Assembly (NCBI GenBank): GCA_951406725.2
Contig: OX597816.1
Coordinates: 78,306,001 to 78,370,000, forward strand
Reading direction: 5' to 3'
Origin: Octopus vulgaris
Taxonomy: Eukaryota
Length of the DNA stretch: 64,000 bases
The notes below the pieces were generated by a model. The model was not told where the DNA came from, did no database searches, and saw only the letters and a list, made by a program, of their open reading frames with translations. Positions 50,561 through 62,984 of this stretch are shown here, piece by piece. The position numbers and the translations under genes were made by a program. How positions within the stretch are numbered: position 1 is the stretch's first letter; every line of letters begins with the position of its first letter.

Positions 50561-51851
50561 TTCTGATGGTGAGGTTAAAGAAAGAGAGAGAGAGAAAAGA
50601 GAGGAGGGAGAGAAAGTGGAGAGAGAGATGATAATAGTAGTGGTGATGAGTGTTTAGTGAAAAGTGCATTTTTTAATATCACCTATCACTCAATGCATGC
50701 ACAGAAGTGCAATTCCTTGAAATATTCATGCTCATTTACATAGCGGATACGTACAATTTAACTAAAGGTTGTATCATATGTACAGTGATTTTTTTTGTTT
50801 ATGGGAAAAATGGAAAAATAAGAGTGAATATTTATTTTATGAGTGCCGTGTTTTAAGTCTATAAAATTGTGCATGTAGTATATAAAGTGTATATATAAAG
50901 TGCATTAAGTAATCATTGTATTCCAATTGTAAAAGCATAGCTTATATATATATAAGCTATGCTTTTACATTTTCCATTTACCAAATCCATTCATAAGGCT
51001 TTGGTTGGCCCTGGGCTATAGTAAAAGACTGTTGACCAAGGTGCCATGCAGTGGGACTAAACTGTAAACCATGTGATTGGAAAGCTGAACAACATGGTGT
51101 GACTCACAAATCTTTCACCTTGATTATACCATGTTCAGTTGAGGACAACACTGAAAAGAGCCCAGCATAGAGCCAAATCCAATATATCCCCCAAATGATG
51201 GAGTCCACTACTGAAATCAGATCTGAATTCCCACATGAGATGACATAGCAAAACTGAACTATGGACACTGTGCAGTTGTGTCCTGCTGAACCCTCATTCA
51301 TCAAAAGTGATAAATTAAAAATAAATAAATAAATAAAATAAAAGACAAAATTAAGGTGGTTGGTGTTAGGAAGTGCATTCAGCTGTAAAAACCTTGCCAA
51401 AACAGACAGTGAAGCCTGGTGCAGTCCTCTGATTAGCCAACTCCTATTAAACCATCCAACACATGCCAGCATGGAAAAAGGATGTTACATGACGATGATG
51501 ATGATGAATATTGATAGACTATCAAGTACAAGCAGCAAGAAGAATACTGTAGAAGTGAAAAGATCATGCATTTTCCATTTCATCATTCTGACTTTTTTAC
51601 TACCATGCCTCCCCTAGGAATTTGTCCTTCTCTCCACACCCACGCACCTTGCATTTATGAATAAAATTCCCTCTCAGATTTTAAATAAAATCTAAAATAT
51701 GCTTTTAGTCTTTTTATTGAATATGAATTAGTCACATTATACAAAATATGTATAATTTTATATATAATCACATTATACAAAAAGTAAGGTACTTAACACT
51801 GCTTCTTAGCAAAAAAAAAAATGTGTTTTTATTCAATATGAATTAGTCACA

Positions 51852-53620
51852 TTAATGAGATATTTGACACTGCTGCCTAGCTGAAAGATCTTGAATGCGT
51901 GGTTGAATGCCAGAGAGTGCACAATGTAAGTCCCTTTCAACGTTCAGCCTGTTGTTGTACTTGGTCTTGACAACAATGAGCGTGGAAAATGCAGCTTCAC
52001 AAAGATATGTGGATCCAAACATAGCTAAAATCTGAAGAGCCTGATGTGAGATCAGAAGGTAAACAGGAAGTTACTTGATCTAGAACGTTTCAAGATCCAG
52101 TTCTTTGAAGTCTTCCTTAGCTGGAGAGTTGAACTTCAGCTCAAGAAATTCCTCTTGCACTTCATCCAAAACATCAGTCACCTCACACTGAAATGGGTTC
52201 CTGATGAATTTCCAAGCTTCATGCTTTTCATTTATATTTGGGAAGTATCTGATGAATTCTGTTTTCAAGTCTGTTTGATGAGTGATTATTTGTTTCTTTA
52301 ACTCAGAATGAAGGTTACCGTGAATGAGAGCAGAATCAAAGTAACTAAAAGTGGCTTTATTTCCCAGCTGAATTCAACATCTACAGAGGTTGAGTTTGGC
52401 CATGACAGTTCGAATAATGTCATGGTGTGTGAAAATGTTGATGTTTCCCTTGTAGTTTAAGGTTGAGAGCATTCAACACTTTGAAGATGTCCACTTTGTA
52501 AGCTAGAGATAGCTGGAAGCCTTCAGACTGGAACTTATCATGAAGATCTGTCTTCTGCTGAAAATCAAGAAATATTGCTATTTCTTCTTGTAGTTCATAA
52601 AGCCATCCAAGCATGTTCCCCTTTGATAGCCATTGTATGTTTGTGTGAAAAAGCATTGCATCATGTTCAGATTCCATATCTTTACACAACAGTTTGAAAA
52701 GATGACTGTTTAAGGCTCCACCTTTAACAAAGTTGACAACCTTGGTAGCCACATTTAGGATATTTCTCATTTCAGTAGGTAAGGTTCTGGATGCTTCATG
52801 GTCAAGTATGCAGTGTGCACCTACAATAGATGGATTTTTTTCTTTCACCCTAGTAATGAATCCAGACTGCAGACCAAGCATGGCTGGAGCTCTATCAGCG
52901 CACATCCCTACCAGTGAATCCCATGAAAGTTGGTTTTCCTGAAAGAAGTTTGATACATCACGAAATATAGCTGTTGCTGTTGTACAACTATCCATAGGGT
53001 GACGGAACAACATTTCCTATTTTACACAGTTACTTGACACAAAACGAGCATATACCACTAGCTGAAAACACTGAGCGATATCAGTCATTTCATCACACTA
53101 GATGGCAAAGACAAGAGAATCTCTTACTTGATCGAGAATTTGATCTTTGATGTCTTGAGACAAGTTGTTGATCTTTCTCTTGATTGTATTGTTTGATAGT
53201 GAAATCTAGGAAAGCTTGTTTATGCTATCTTGCCCCAGAATGAGTTCTGCTGCATGGAGTAGACTTAGTTTTATGAGAGACTCTCCTATGTTAAGGCTCT
53301 TCTTGCTCTTTGTAATCAATATGGTGACCTAATATGAGGCCTTAACAACCATTGAAATTTGTTGCCAAAATGCCCCATTACTGTCCAACTTAGCTTGCTT
53401 CAAGGAATGTCTTTTTGTTTCAAAGAATGCCTTGGGCTTGTCTGTAAGAGCTGGATGTGTTGTACTCAAGTGGCATTATAAGTGTGAGGGTCGCATTGCA
53501 TCATTGCTCAAAGTTTTGTAACATATCACACACTGGGGGACTTCTGTGTCACCCTTTTGGAAGGACATGAATCCAAATCGAATATATTCGTGAAGATACT
53601 TCCATTTCTTTGCACTTGTT
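51852..53620 (-). pseudogene. hAT (Buster/Charlie; ZBED8/FAM200-like) transposase, near full length but disrupted
   Basis: N-term KKWKYLHEYIRFGF..PQCVICYKTLSNDAMRPSHL*CHL. Core CADRAPAMLG..HCILDHEA..HTNIQWLSKG. C-term FGSTYLCEAAFS..SH-stop at 51852. In-frame stops and frameshifts. Confidence 0.92.
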
Positions 53621-56331
53621 GTGAACTATTTGATGTGCAGTGGACAACACAGATATGTGAACAAAGGATAAGGCATGTGTAAGGTAAAGTCAAGGCCCAA
53701 GTTAGAACACTTGGAGTAAAAAGTTCTGAAAAAAATTAAAACAAAAAAATTTGGAATAAAAGTTAAATTAAATGAAAAATTTGTACAATAAAATATTGCA
53801 TTTATTTGTATGAAAATATATAAAAAAAAGTTTCTTTAAAAAAGAAAAAAACTTTGCATAGCTTTTAGTTTTACCTAGTACTTTCTAAAATTTTAAAATC
53901 AGGACTTTAGTTTAACATTTGGCTCTGTATAATAATCTTTTTTTACAAAGAAAAATTACTATATTTTCAACATTAACATTTAATATTAAAAATTTTGGTT
54001 TTATTGTTAAAGTTTTTTTTATTTTTCCAATCTGTGTTTTAATTTTTTTGAGACTTTATTAAATTGAGCAATAGTAGAACTTATTACATACATTTTGTTT
54101 TATTTCCTATTTTTAAATATATCATACTTTTCCTCTTGCTAAAATTTAAAACTAGTTCACAATTTTTTTAATTAAGTTAATATTTCTTAGTGTGTTACTA
54201 TAATGATTTGATAATGTTTCAGCACATCTCTTGATTTTTAAGAACCACATTATTTCATATATATGAAAACTGTGGATCAAACTTGTTTATAATCTATTAA
54301 CTAAAAAAGATGTTTGTCTTTACATGATAATAATATCTAAGCTTTATACCAGTGGTTCTTAACCTGAGTCTTGTAACAAAAAAAAAAAAATTACAAAATA
54401 AAGGAAAATGTTAAAGCTACAATTCAGAGTTAGTGAGGGTTTTGAGGGATATGAAGGGGGTTCAAGAAATACAGAAAATGGTAAGTGGTACTTAGTAGAA
54501 TAAGAAAACTAAAGGTATAAGGCGATACTTTTTAATTTTTTCATAAAATTATTATTTGACCATGCTCTTATTAAGAGAATAACAAATATAATTGGAAAAA
54601 TTCCTGCTTTTTCAACATGACTGTCCAGTGTTATCTCACTTTTGTGAGCTGTCTTTATCCCCACTATGTGATATGAAAGATATTCAGTTGTAAAAACTAT
54701 ACAAGGAAAACAACACCCTCTCCAACAAATGAAGGAAACTTGGGCTGCTCAAGCTGCATTGCTGACAATCCATCTAGGAGAAAAGTAACTCCAAATAAAA
54801 TCTCATATTTAGCAGAGGAAGCTCTTTAGTCTTGCTGCAGACAGCCTCTCTTGTAGTATGGTAAAGCCACTTCATGCTACAAAGTGAGTGAGATGCATTG
54901 AGACCTGTACGACCCATGCAAGTATGGGAAAGGGATGCTTAAATGGTGATGGTGACAATGTAGCATAACTTTCTGAAGACTAGTCTAAATATCTCTTCAT
55001 AAATTTCACATCCCTTAATTCTACTTTGTATAGAGTGGATACAGAAGTGGCTGAATGGATATTGTAGTGAGCCACCAACCAATAGGTTGTGATTTCAGCT
55101 TACTGCAGGGGTTTTAATGTATATCTGGTCAGGACAATTCTACATTCTTATTCCACCTTGTTGGAAATAGTAGATCAGCTGGGAGTATTACCTGAGATGA
55201 ACTAGTGTCTTATTCAGAGAAATCCAGAGAAAAATCTTTTATCTGTTTTATGAAACTGGTTTATAGTACCAGTACTTAAAATCCCTTTGAATAAATTCTA
55301 TACTGTGTAGAGCTTTATAAGTACTACCTTACCTAACATCAAGGCTATTTCTACTTTTAACATAACTTGACAACCATCCCTTTGAAGTGTGAAAATAATC
55401 CACCAACTTTGTTTATGCAATCTAAGTAGTTTAATAATATTGAATAAACTTAAGTTTCTATGAGATCCTGCTCAGTCTATTGTGATCCTTATTCATTGCA
55501 TATCTTGATTGCTATGCATACTCTAAAGATTTTTTATGAGTCATATCTTTAACACTTAATTTTCTAAATCTCTACTAAGATATGATATGTAAACAAACCA
55601 GCTACTATGTGAGCCTCTATATGATCACACATTCTGTTAGAAATAGCAGCCAAATCTCACGTAAATGAGACCCTACTGGGTTATGAGTCATGGGTACATT
55701 GTGCCCGAAAATAAAAGAATTGTAATGACTGAAATATCTTTATTCATAGGTTTGCTTGCTCTAGAGTTAATCAACAGCAACAACAATATATGTGAACAAA
55801 CTGAGACAACAAATGTTATGTTTGAGGCAGTAGGCATGTATATATGGTCAAGATGTGTGCTTCATAACAACATGGTTTGGGTTTGATACCACTGTGCTAC
55901 ACATTGGACAAGAGTCTTCTATCATAATCTTAGATGTTCCATCTCACTTCACTAGATAAAAGTGTAACAGATATAACCCATACTGTGTCAAACCCTGCAA
56001 GCCCCACACAGAGTTTTATACCCAAGTCTTTCTCCCCTGAATATCAGCAGTGTGGAGTTCCCTCCTTGCACATGTCTTTTCTGCTGTTGTTCAAGAAGAA
56101 CATTTTCAGCTTTGATCTCACTGTTCTTAGAGGGTTATGAATGCCAAGGGCTTAGTCACTTCTTTCAGACCAAACCCTGTAAGTTAAATACCTTCTCACT
56201 TTGATACTCAGAATATCTCAGCAATTATCTCCAGTCTATTGCTAAAATCTGTAATTCCTTTCTATGTTAAGACATGATTACTTTCTATTGATGCTATGTT
56301 TATTTAATACAAACATGTCTAAATACAATCT

Positions 56332-56530
56332 ACAGGGGATGGACTAAATAATGGAAACACCTTAAAATTTCAAACAAATTAATTTTAATATGGGATAGGA
56401 CCGCCTTTGGCAGTAATTACAGCTTGAATTCTATGAGGTATGGACTCGTACAAAGTTTGAATTGTTTCCAAAGGAATTTTTGGCCATTCTTCCACTAAAG
56501 TAGTCTTCTGCTAAAGTCTTCCCATTCTTC
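56332..56530. mobile_element. Tc1-like terminal fragment
   Basis: TACAGGGGATGGAC.AAATAATGGAAACACC terminus followed by CCGCCTTTGGCAGTAATTACAGCTTG subterminal sequence. Confidence 0.55.
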
Positions 56531-56564
56531 TGCTAAAATTTATAATCTATTCATGCTATTGTTA

Positions 56565-56768
56565 AATTTTTCTTTCCAGATTTTATTTAATTTAGAACTG
56601 CTTTGTCTATGTATAATAGATCATGTGTTCCTCTGGCCTTCTTTCTGCAACCTTTCTGTTCTTCAGGTAGTAAATTCTGGCTGTCATGGTGCTCATAAAT
56701 GCTTTCTGAAAGTATTCCTATTAACAGCTTCCACACTAATGGTAAGCAAGTGATTGCTCTATAATTAT
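56565..56768 (-). mobile_element. R4/Dong RT N-terminal fragment
   Basis: NYRAITCLPLVWKLL..LLPEEQKGCRKKARGTHDLLYIDKAVL. Confidence 0.85.
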
Positions 56769-56798
56769 TTGTTGTTGTTGTTGTTGTTGTTGTTGTGT

Positions 56799-57316
56799 GT
56801 GTGAAAGAGCAGCACATGCCATTAAAGTGACACTAGGGTAAAATATATGAAGCCCAATATACCCATCATGACTACCTGTCTGATAAAGGAGAACCAGGCA
56901 CATGCATCACAATCCTATGTGCACGACATGATGATCTCATATCAAGATTAGCAGTGTATGACCTTGCAGGTGGGGCCAAATTAGAATTTTCTTCAGGTCA
57001 AGTAACACATCCTGCTCAAAAGGTCCCTGAATAAGGGTTGTTTAAGGATGTTGAATGAAACACCCATGTTTCCAGAGGTGAATTATCCAAACCGCAACAA
57101 ATTCCTCTCAACACATGGCTATGATGCTCCCTCACCACTTCTGCTCATGATCAGAGATGCAGATATCAAACAACTGACAAGCAAATCTGTGGCATTGAGC
57201 AGAATATTTGCTGCAGCCCATCCTTTGTATCAAGACAAAACATGTATATGATAACACTTCCAATCAGTTAACATCAGAAGCTATGAAGACTTGTGCCTGG
57301 TACTGCATCAAGGCAT
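56799..57316 (-). mobile_element. Retroposon 'X', copy 2
   Basis: Homologous to 34000-34435 and 58861-59372; flanked by (TTG)n and (ATT)n. Confidence 0.8.
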
Positions 57317-57334
57317 ACATTATTATTATTGTTG

Positions 57335-58750
57335 TATGTTTGACTTTTGTTTAGCATTTGTACAAGATGACTCCAAGTCTCACCCAGAGACCTCAAGAGA
57401 CAACAAGTTAGCCATTCAAGTTGGTGTTATGACTAGGGTGCCATATATATGGTTTTGCACATAGTTCTAGAGAATGTTTGAGAAAACATAAGAAAATTAT
57501 AAGTTTGTTTTAAAATTTGGGAATACATAGACAGTATTTTACGTAGGATGTAGGCAGTTCCCATGAACACTATTTTTTGAATTTCTGCCATTTTTGGATT
57601 TCCTGGTATCTGAGCTAGGTAGCAATCAGCCTCTTTTACTATCATTCCTAGGGCACCTATGACATCAGGTATTGCTTTAGTCTTGAGGTACCACATTTTG
57701 CTAATTTCTATTTTAAGATCTTTATACTTGCTCAGTTTTTGGTAGGTCTTGACTGGTACATTTATGTCGATTGGGACAGTTATATCAATGAGGAGGCATG
57801 ATTTTTGTCTGAAGTCCTTCAATATAATGTTTGGCCTAATTGCATCTATTTTTCTGTCCAGAGGAGTGAGATGTGGTTATTTTCAAGCACTGGAAGTGGT
57901 TTACGTTCCCATCAGTTTTTATCATGGTGCAAGTCCAAAGTCTTTGCAAATTACCCAGTGAATATCCTGCACTGTTCTTTCATGCCTGTTGAGATACTCT
58001 GTAGGTGCAAGAAGACTGCACATGGAGACACTATGATTGATGGTTTCATTTTGTTGTTTACATACACAACATGTTGGGCTATTGCTGTTCTTTAATGTGT
58101 TGGCCTGTTAGTTCCTTGTAGGTTAGCATTGATCTTGGTCTGCTATGATAAATCCTTCTGTCTCTGATTTTAAGCCAGAAGACACTAACCATTGATAGGT
58201 AAGGGCTTTGTCAATATTGGTATTATTAGTTCTCTTTAGGTATTTGCTATTGAAAGGTTTTTCTTGCCATTTACCAGTCAGAATATCTAAGGCAGAAGTT
58301 TTAGCACGGGTCTTCATATGGTTAGCTTTTTCTGTGCTTGTTTCCACTACGTCTAATTCTGGGATTTGTTGTATTTGGTATTAACTTAGATATTTCTTTG
58401 TCTGTTTGTTACTGAGTATGATGTTTTCTTGTTTTCACACTATAAGACAAGTTTTAACATCCAGTCATCAGAGTTTTTCAGGTAGGTGTTTAGGCCAATT
58501 GTGGCAATCTTCATTGTTAATTGAAGTTGTAAAAGTCCATGGCCACCCTCTTTTCTTGGCAGGTAAAGTTGTTCTATATCTGCCTTAGAGTGGTGCATTC
58601 TCTGCATTGTCAGCAATTTTCATATTTTTCTATCAAGATTACATATTTCAGTAACTGACCAGTTGAAACTGTAAGTCATGACCAGTATGGCTAAAGTATT
58701 GATTGTTTCAATCCTGTTTCTTGCATTTAGCTCTGTCTTGAGTATTGCCC
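57335..58750 (-). mobile_element. 5'-truncated R4/Dong non-LTR element (CCHC finger, REL endonuclease, 3' UTR)
   Basis: LKTELNARNRIETINTLAI; GLKSETEGFIIADQDQ; CCVCKQQNETINHSVSMC; CLLIDITVP..KLSKYKDLKIEI..VIGALG. (ATT)n on both sides. Confidence 0.92.
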
Positions 58751-58808
<58 letters not shown>

Positions 58809-58812
58809 CATT

Positions 58813-58860
<48 letters not shown>

Positions 58861-59372
58861 GAGTGAGAGAGCAGTGCATGCCAATATACCCATCATGATA
58901 CCCGTCTGGTAAGGGTACACCAGGCACATGCATCACAACCATATGTGTGTGACATGGTGATTTCATATCAAAATAAACAGTGCATGACCTTGCAGGTGAG
59001 GTTTCCAGTTAGAATTTTCTTCAGGTTGAGTAGCCCACCCCACTCAAAAGGTTCCTGAATAAGGGTTCCTTAAGTATGTTGAATGAAACACCCATGTTTC
59101 CAAAGGTGAATTATCCAAACTCCAAAGAATTCCTCTCAGCACATGGCTATGATGCTCCTCCACTACTTCTGCTCATGATCAGATATGCACATATTGTTAG
59201 CCACTAAAGGACAAGCTCAACTGATTATGGTCAAACAATTGACAAGCAAATCTGTGGTACTGAGCAGAATATTTGCTATAGCCCATCTTTTATACCAATA
59301 CAAAACAATGTACATGATAACACTTCTAATCAGTTAAGATCAAAAGCCATGAGAGCCACTGCATCAGGGCAT
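58861..59372 (-). mobile_element. Retroposon 'X', copy 3
   Basis: Homologous to copies 1 and 2; flanked by (ATT)n and (ACT)n. Confidence 0.8.
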
Positions 59373-59415
<43 letters not shown>

Positions 59416-59416
<1 letters not shown>

Positions 59417-61545
59417 TATGTTTTGACTTTTTCTCTGTATTTATACAAGTCCTCATCATCTGGAAGTTGTACTCCATTGCTGTTGACTTTTCTCTCTCTC
59501 CTCAGTTCTGTAACAGTGTATTTCTCTACACCAAATGCCATCTGGATGTCTTGAGAAAAAATTTGTACAGACTGGATAATGGAATCCAATTGACTGCTGC
59601 TAGCTCCATAGAGCTTCAAATCATTTATAAACTGTAGGTGATTGATTGGTCTTATGTTTTAATAATAATAATAATAATGAAATTATTGTATACAGTGCTC
59701 TGGTGCACCACAACTTGTCAGAAAGTGCGTATAGAGTATATGCAGTAATGTACAAATGTCTGGAAAGCGAACAATGTATGAGTCAGATACATGCTTGTGT
59801 GTGTATGGAGGGGAGAAAATCAGGTGTAGTGTTGGCGAATCTCAGAAAGCATGGAAGTTTTGAAGGATGCAGTGCTCCGACAACTAACAACTGATGCCGG
59901 CAGTTTGTTCCATGCTTCAGCAACTCTCAGCGTGAACTTGAATTTGTAACCAACTTCCATCTTTCTCAGAACCATGGAGAGTGGTAACATACAAACAATA
60001 ATAAACAGTAAGGGTGACGCTGAATCTCCCTGAAAAATTCCCCTTGGGATGTCAACTTGTCCAATACCACTTTTCATACTATTTTTGAACAAATATATTA
60101 AATTTTTCACTTCACTGACAATCTCTAGGAATTTCAGAATCTCCTCCATCCAGAGGCTCACAGAACAGCTTCTGATTTGTTCTAAACAGTTGATTTTGTT
60201 TAAAATGTAGATATCTATCTTCATATCTTTTGATCTTAACTCTGCTTACTTTGATCTTTTGTTTTAACATATTTGATATAAGTAAAGTGCCCTTATCAAC
60301 CAGGTGGTATTTCTTATTCACATGATGATGATGATGATGATGATGTAATTCTACTCTCTTTCATTGAGCCTCATGTTACTTCTTACTTCTTTAGTCTTAC
60401 TTAAATCCTTCCACCATGTATTGATACTTACTTTTATTCTCTTTTACCAGAATGTTTCTTGTTTCTTTGTACTTTCTTTTCTCTAAACATTCTCATCTTC
60501 TCTGCGATGGCATTTACAGTGGCATATATCAAAGAATTTTACTCAATGATATCCTTAATCAAAATTTTCATGACAACTTCATTCACTTTCTTGTGTTCTG
60601 ATCTTAGTTTTGCTCTATCACATGACTTTAATAACCCTTTCCTTGCATCATGAAACATTACTTCCAGAATTCTATCACTGAGAGTAACTAGTTCTGGGCT
60701 AATATCTTCTGGTGACTCTCTAGTTGGAGATACACTCAGGTCTTCTATATATTTTAGATGTCTTCCCTACATGTCCCAACTTTGTAGATTCTTCTCTTCA
60801 ATGTGTATTTCTTTTGGACCAGTAGCCCCTTGCAGGTTCTTTCTAACTTCCATTATAATCTCTTGTTCCATCTTCCCTAACCACATTTTGGTTAATTTGT
60901 CTAATCTGATCAGCTGATCTTTGTTCACGTACATCCTTCAGTTCTTCATATTGATACTATTTTTCCTATATTTTCTTTTCTCTGGACCACTCCTAATATA
61001 ACATGCCAACAACAATTTGTTGTTTTCCTTTGTTCATTTAAATCTCCTTCACTACTGAGGTTCAGCAGTAGCTTGATTATGACCAGGTCTGCACTACTCT
61101 TCCACTGGACACAACTCATTCTCTACACAACTTCTCTAAATGCTTCAGCCTCGACAATATTATGATTACTTCTCATCATTAACATTTCTTTCATAATTGA
61201 GGTATGTGTTTTAAGGTTACCACCTATGAGTAATTATGTCGTGTTATCATCACTATACAGGTTGTTGGCCAAGACTTCTGAGAAGCCTATCTGCCCTCAT
61301 TTAAGCTTGTTTACCTATACTGGTCATTACCTCCAGTATTTATGCTTGTAGTATTTAAAGACTCATATAGTGGATGGCTGTTGACTCTATTGAGATCATC
61401 CACCCTTTAACAGGCTTTGTTTTTTGTCCTGGAGTGAGTCCAACAAAAGCCACCCTCTTTACCAGGCAAGCACTTGGTAGGGTTGCCATGGATGGCCTTA
61501 CTATGAATCAGATTGTACTAGATGACATCTTACCAACGGCGCTAA
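59416..61545 (-). mobile_element. Internally deleted R4/Dong element retaining its 5' UTR
   Basis: LKQKIK..KIKRYE..QNQLFRTNQK; RGIFQGDSASPLLF; INHLQFINDLKLYG..FSQDIQMAFGVEK. Dong-type tail AAAAGTCAAAACATA. 5' end next to (ATT)n. Confidence 0.85.
59659..59936 (-). mobile_element. CR1 LINE 3' end inserted in the Dong RT
   Basis: FTLRVAEAWNKLPASVV plus 3' UTR, homologous to 62985-63260. Confidence 0.88.
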
Positions 61546-61619
61546 AAGTTATTATTACCATTATTATTATTATTATTATTAGTAGTAGTAGTAGTAGTCT
61601 TATTTTTATTGTGTTTCTT

Positions 61620-61950
61620 GGGTGTGTACCGTAATTCATTTTGGTGTTGTTATTTTTACTAAACTGAAAGTGCTCAGGATGTGCGCAGTACCTACCAGTG
61701 CTATTTTCTGTGTTATATATATTCTCATAAACCTTGGTGTTTTCGTTTATGCACTAGCCTGTATGTTTTTTGACAACACCTAAAGCACCTATTATTGTTG
61801 AGATTGTCTTTGCCTACAGGTTTCACATTAGGGTTATTCCAGATCTTTGTACTTTGAGAGCTACATCATTTCTTTTAGAGATACATTGACATCTGTTGAA
61901 ACTCATATATCAATTAGAAGGAATTTTTTGTCTTGGTGGTCCCCGACAAA

Positions 61951-62013
<63 letters not shown>

Positions 62014-62310
62014 GTTTGGCTCAGATTTGGTCTTATTCCTAGTAGAAATTATGTGGGTAACGGATTACTACCTGTAACTTTAAGTCACCACAAGTTTTCA
62101 GCAGTTTTTCAATTGCTTAGAACTCCCTTCATAATCCTTGTTGTCCCTAAGAGACAAACTTTCTGTAGGATTCTACCAGGCATTCTTTTTCAATCTCCTT
62201 CAACCATTTGTCAATATCCTTGCTTTCTGTTTCCAATGTACCAATTATTATAGGCATGACCGTTACTGTTCGCATGCCTCAAATTCTTCCTATTTCAAAT
62301 TTTAACGGAT
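61620..62310 (-). mobile_element. Two further R4/Dong REL C-terminal fragments separated by (ATT)n
   Basis: Minus strand TIIGALGVV..IQKIALVGTAHIL (61670-61900) and VTVMPIIIGTL (62200-62310). Confidence 0.7.
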
Positions 62311-62984
62311 TGTATTTTTTTTTAGCAGTAAAGGTAATATTATGACATTATGTTTGCTGCTTTTTCCTTATTTCTAAATTGTCAGAATATATATCTCAAT
62401 TCACAGAATTAGTTAAGTATGACAAAAGAAGTTGATATTCCTGGAAAAATATAGAAATCTTTTGTATGATTTGTCAAGGTAAATGCTATAGAGTACAGCA
62501 ATTTGTAAACAATTTTACAAATGTCATGCTTTTGTAGACGAGTGTTGAGTGAATAGTGATCTGATTGCATTATTTCTAAAGCCTTTTGTGTGTGTGTGTG
62601 TGTGTGTGTATGTGTGTGTGTACATTATAAAACACAAATATTATGGATATATTTCTAAAGAATTACATGCATATAAATATTATGTGTCAATGTGTGTGCA
62701 TGTGTAATACCTTTCACATGTTTACTTTTGAAGTGTTATATAACATAAGGTATAAAAACATGAAAAATGTATGTACAATATAAACATATCAACATATATC
62801 ATCATCATCATCATCATCATCATTATTTTATGTGTGCTTTCCATGCTAGCATGAGTTGGATAGGTCATCATGATCAGAATTAGCATGTTTTAGAGGGGTA
62901 CTACTTATCTACATGAATTAGGGGTCTTCATTTCACATTTTTGTCTTTTCTTTCTTTTTGTAATTTTTCATTTTTGGCATTTAA

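Noticed and set aside
51700-51860. Short direct repeats TTTTATT.AATATGAATTAGTCACATTA (also TCCCTCATAATAT x3 at about 39520-39565)
   Set aside because: Local slippage duplications with no further structure.
52420-53013. 197 aa ORF resembling domesticated ZBED8/FAM200
   Set aside because: Part of a transposase with in-frame stops and frameshifts on both sides; no sign of domestication.
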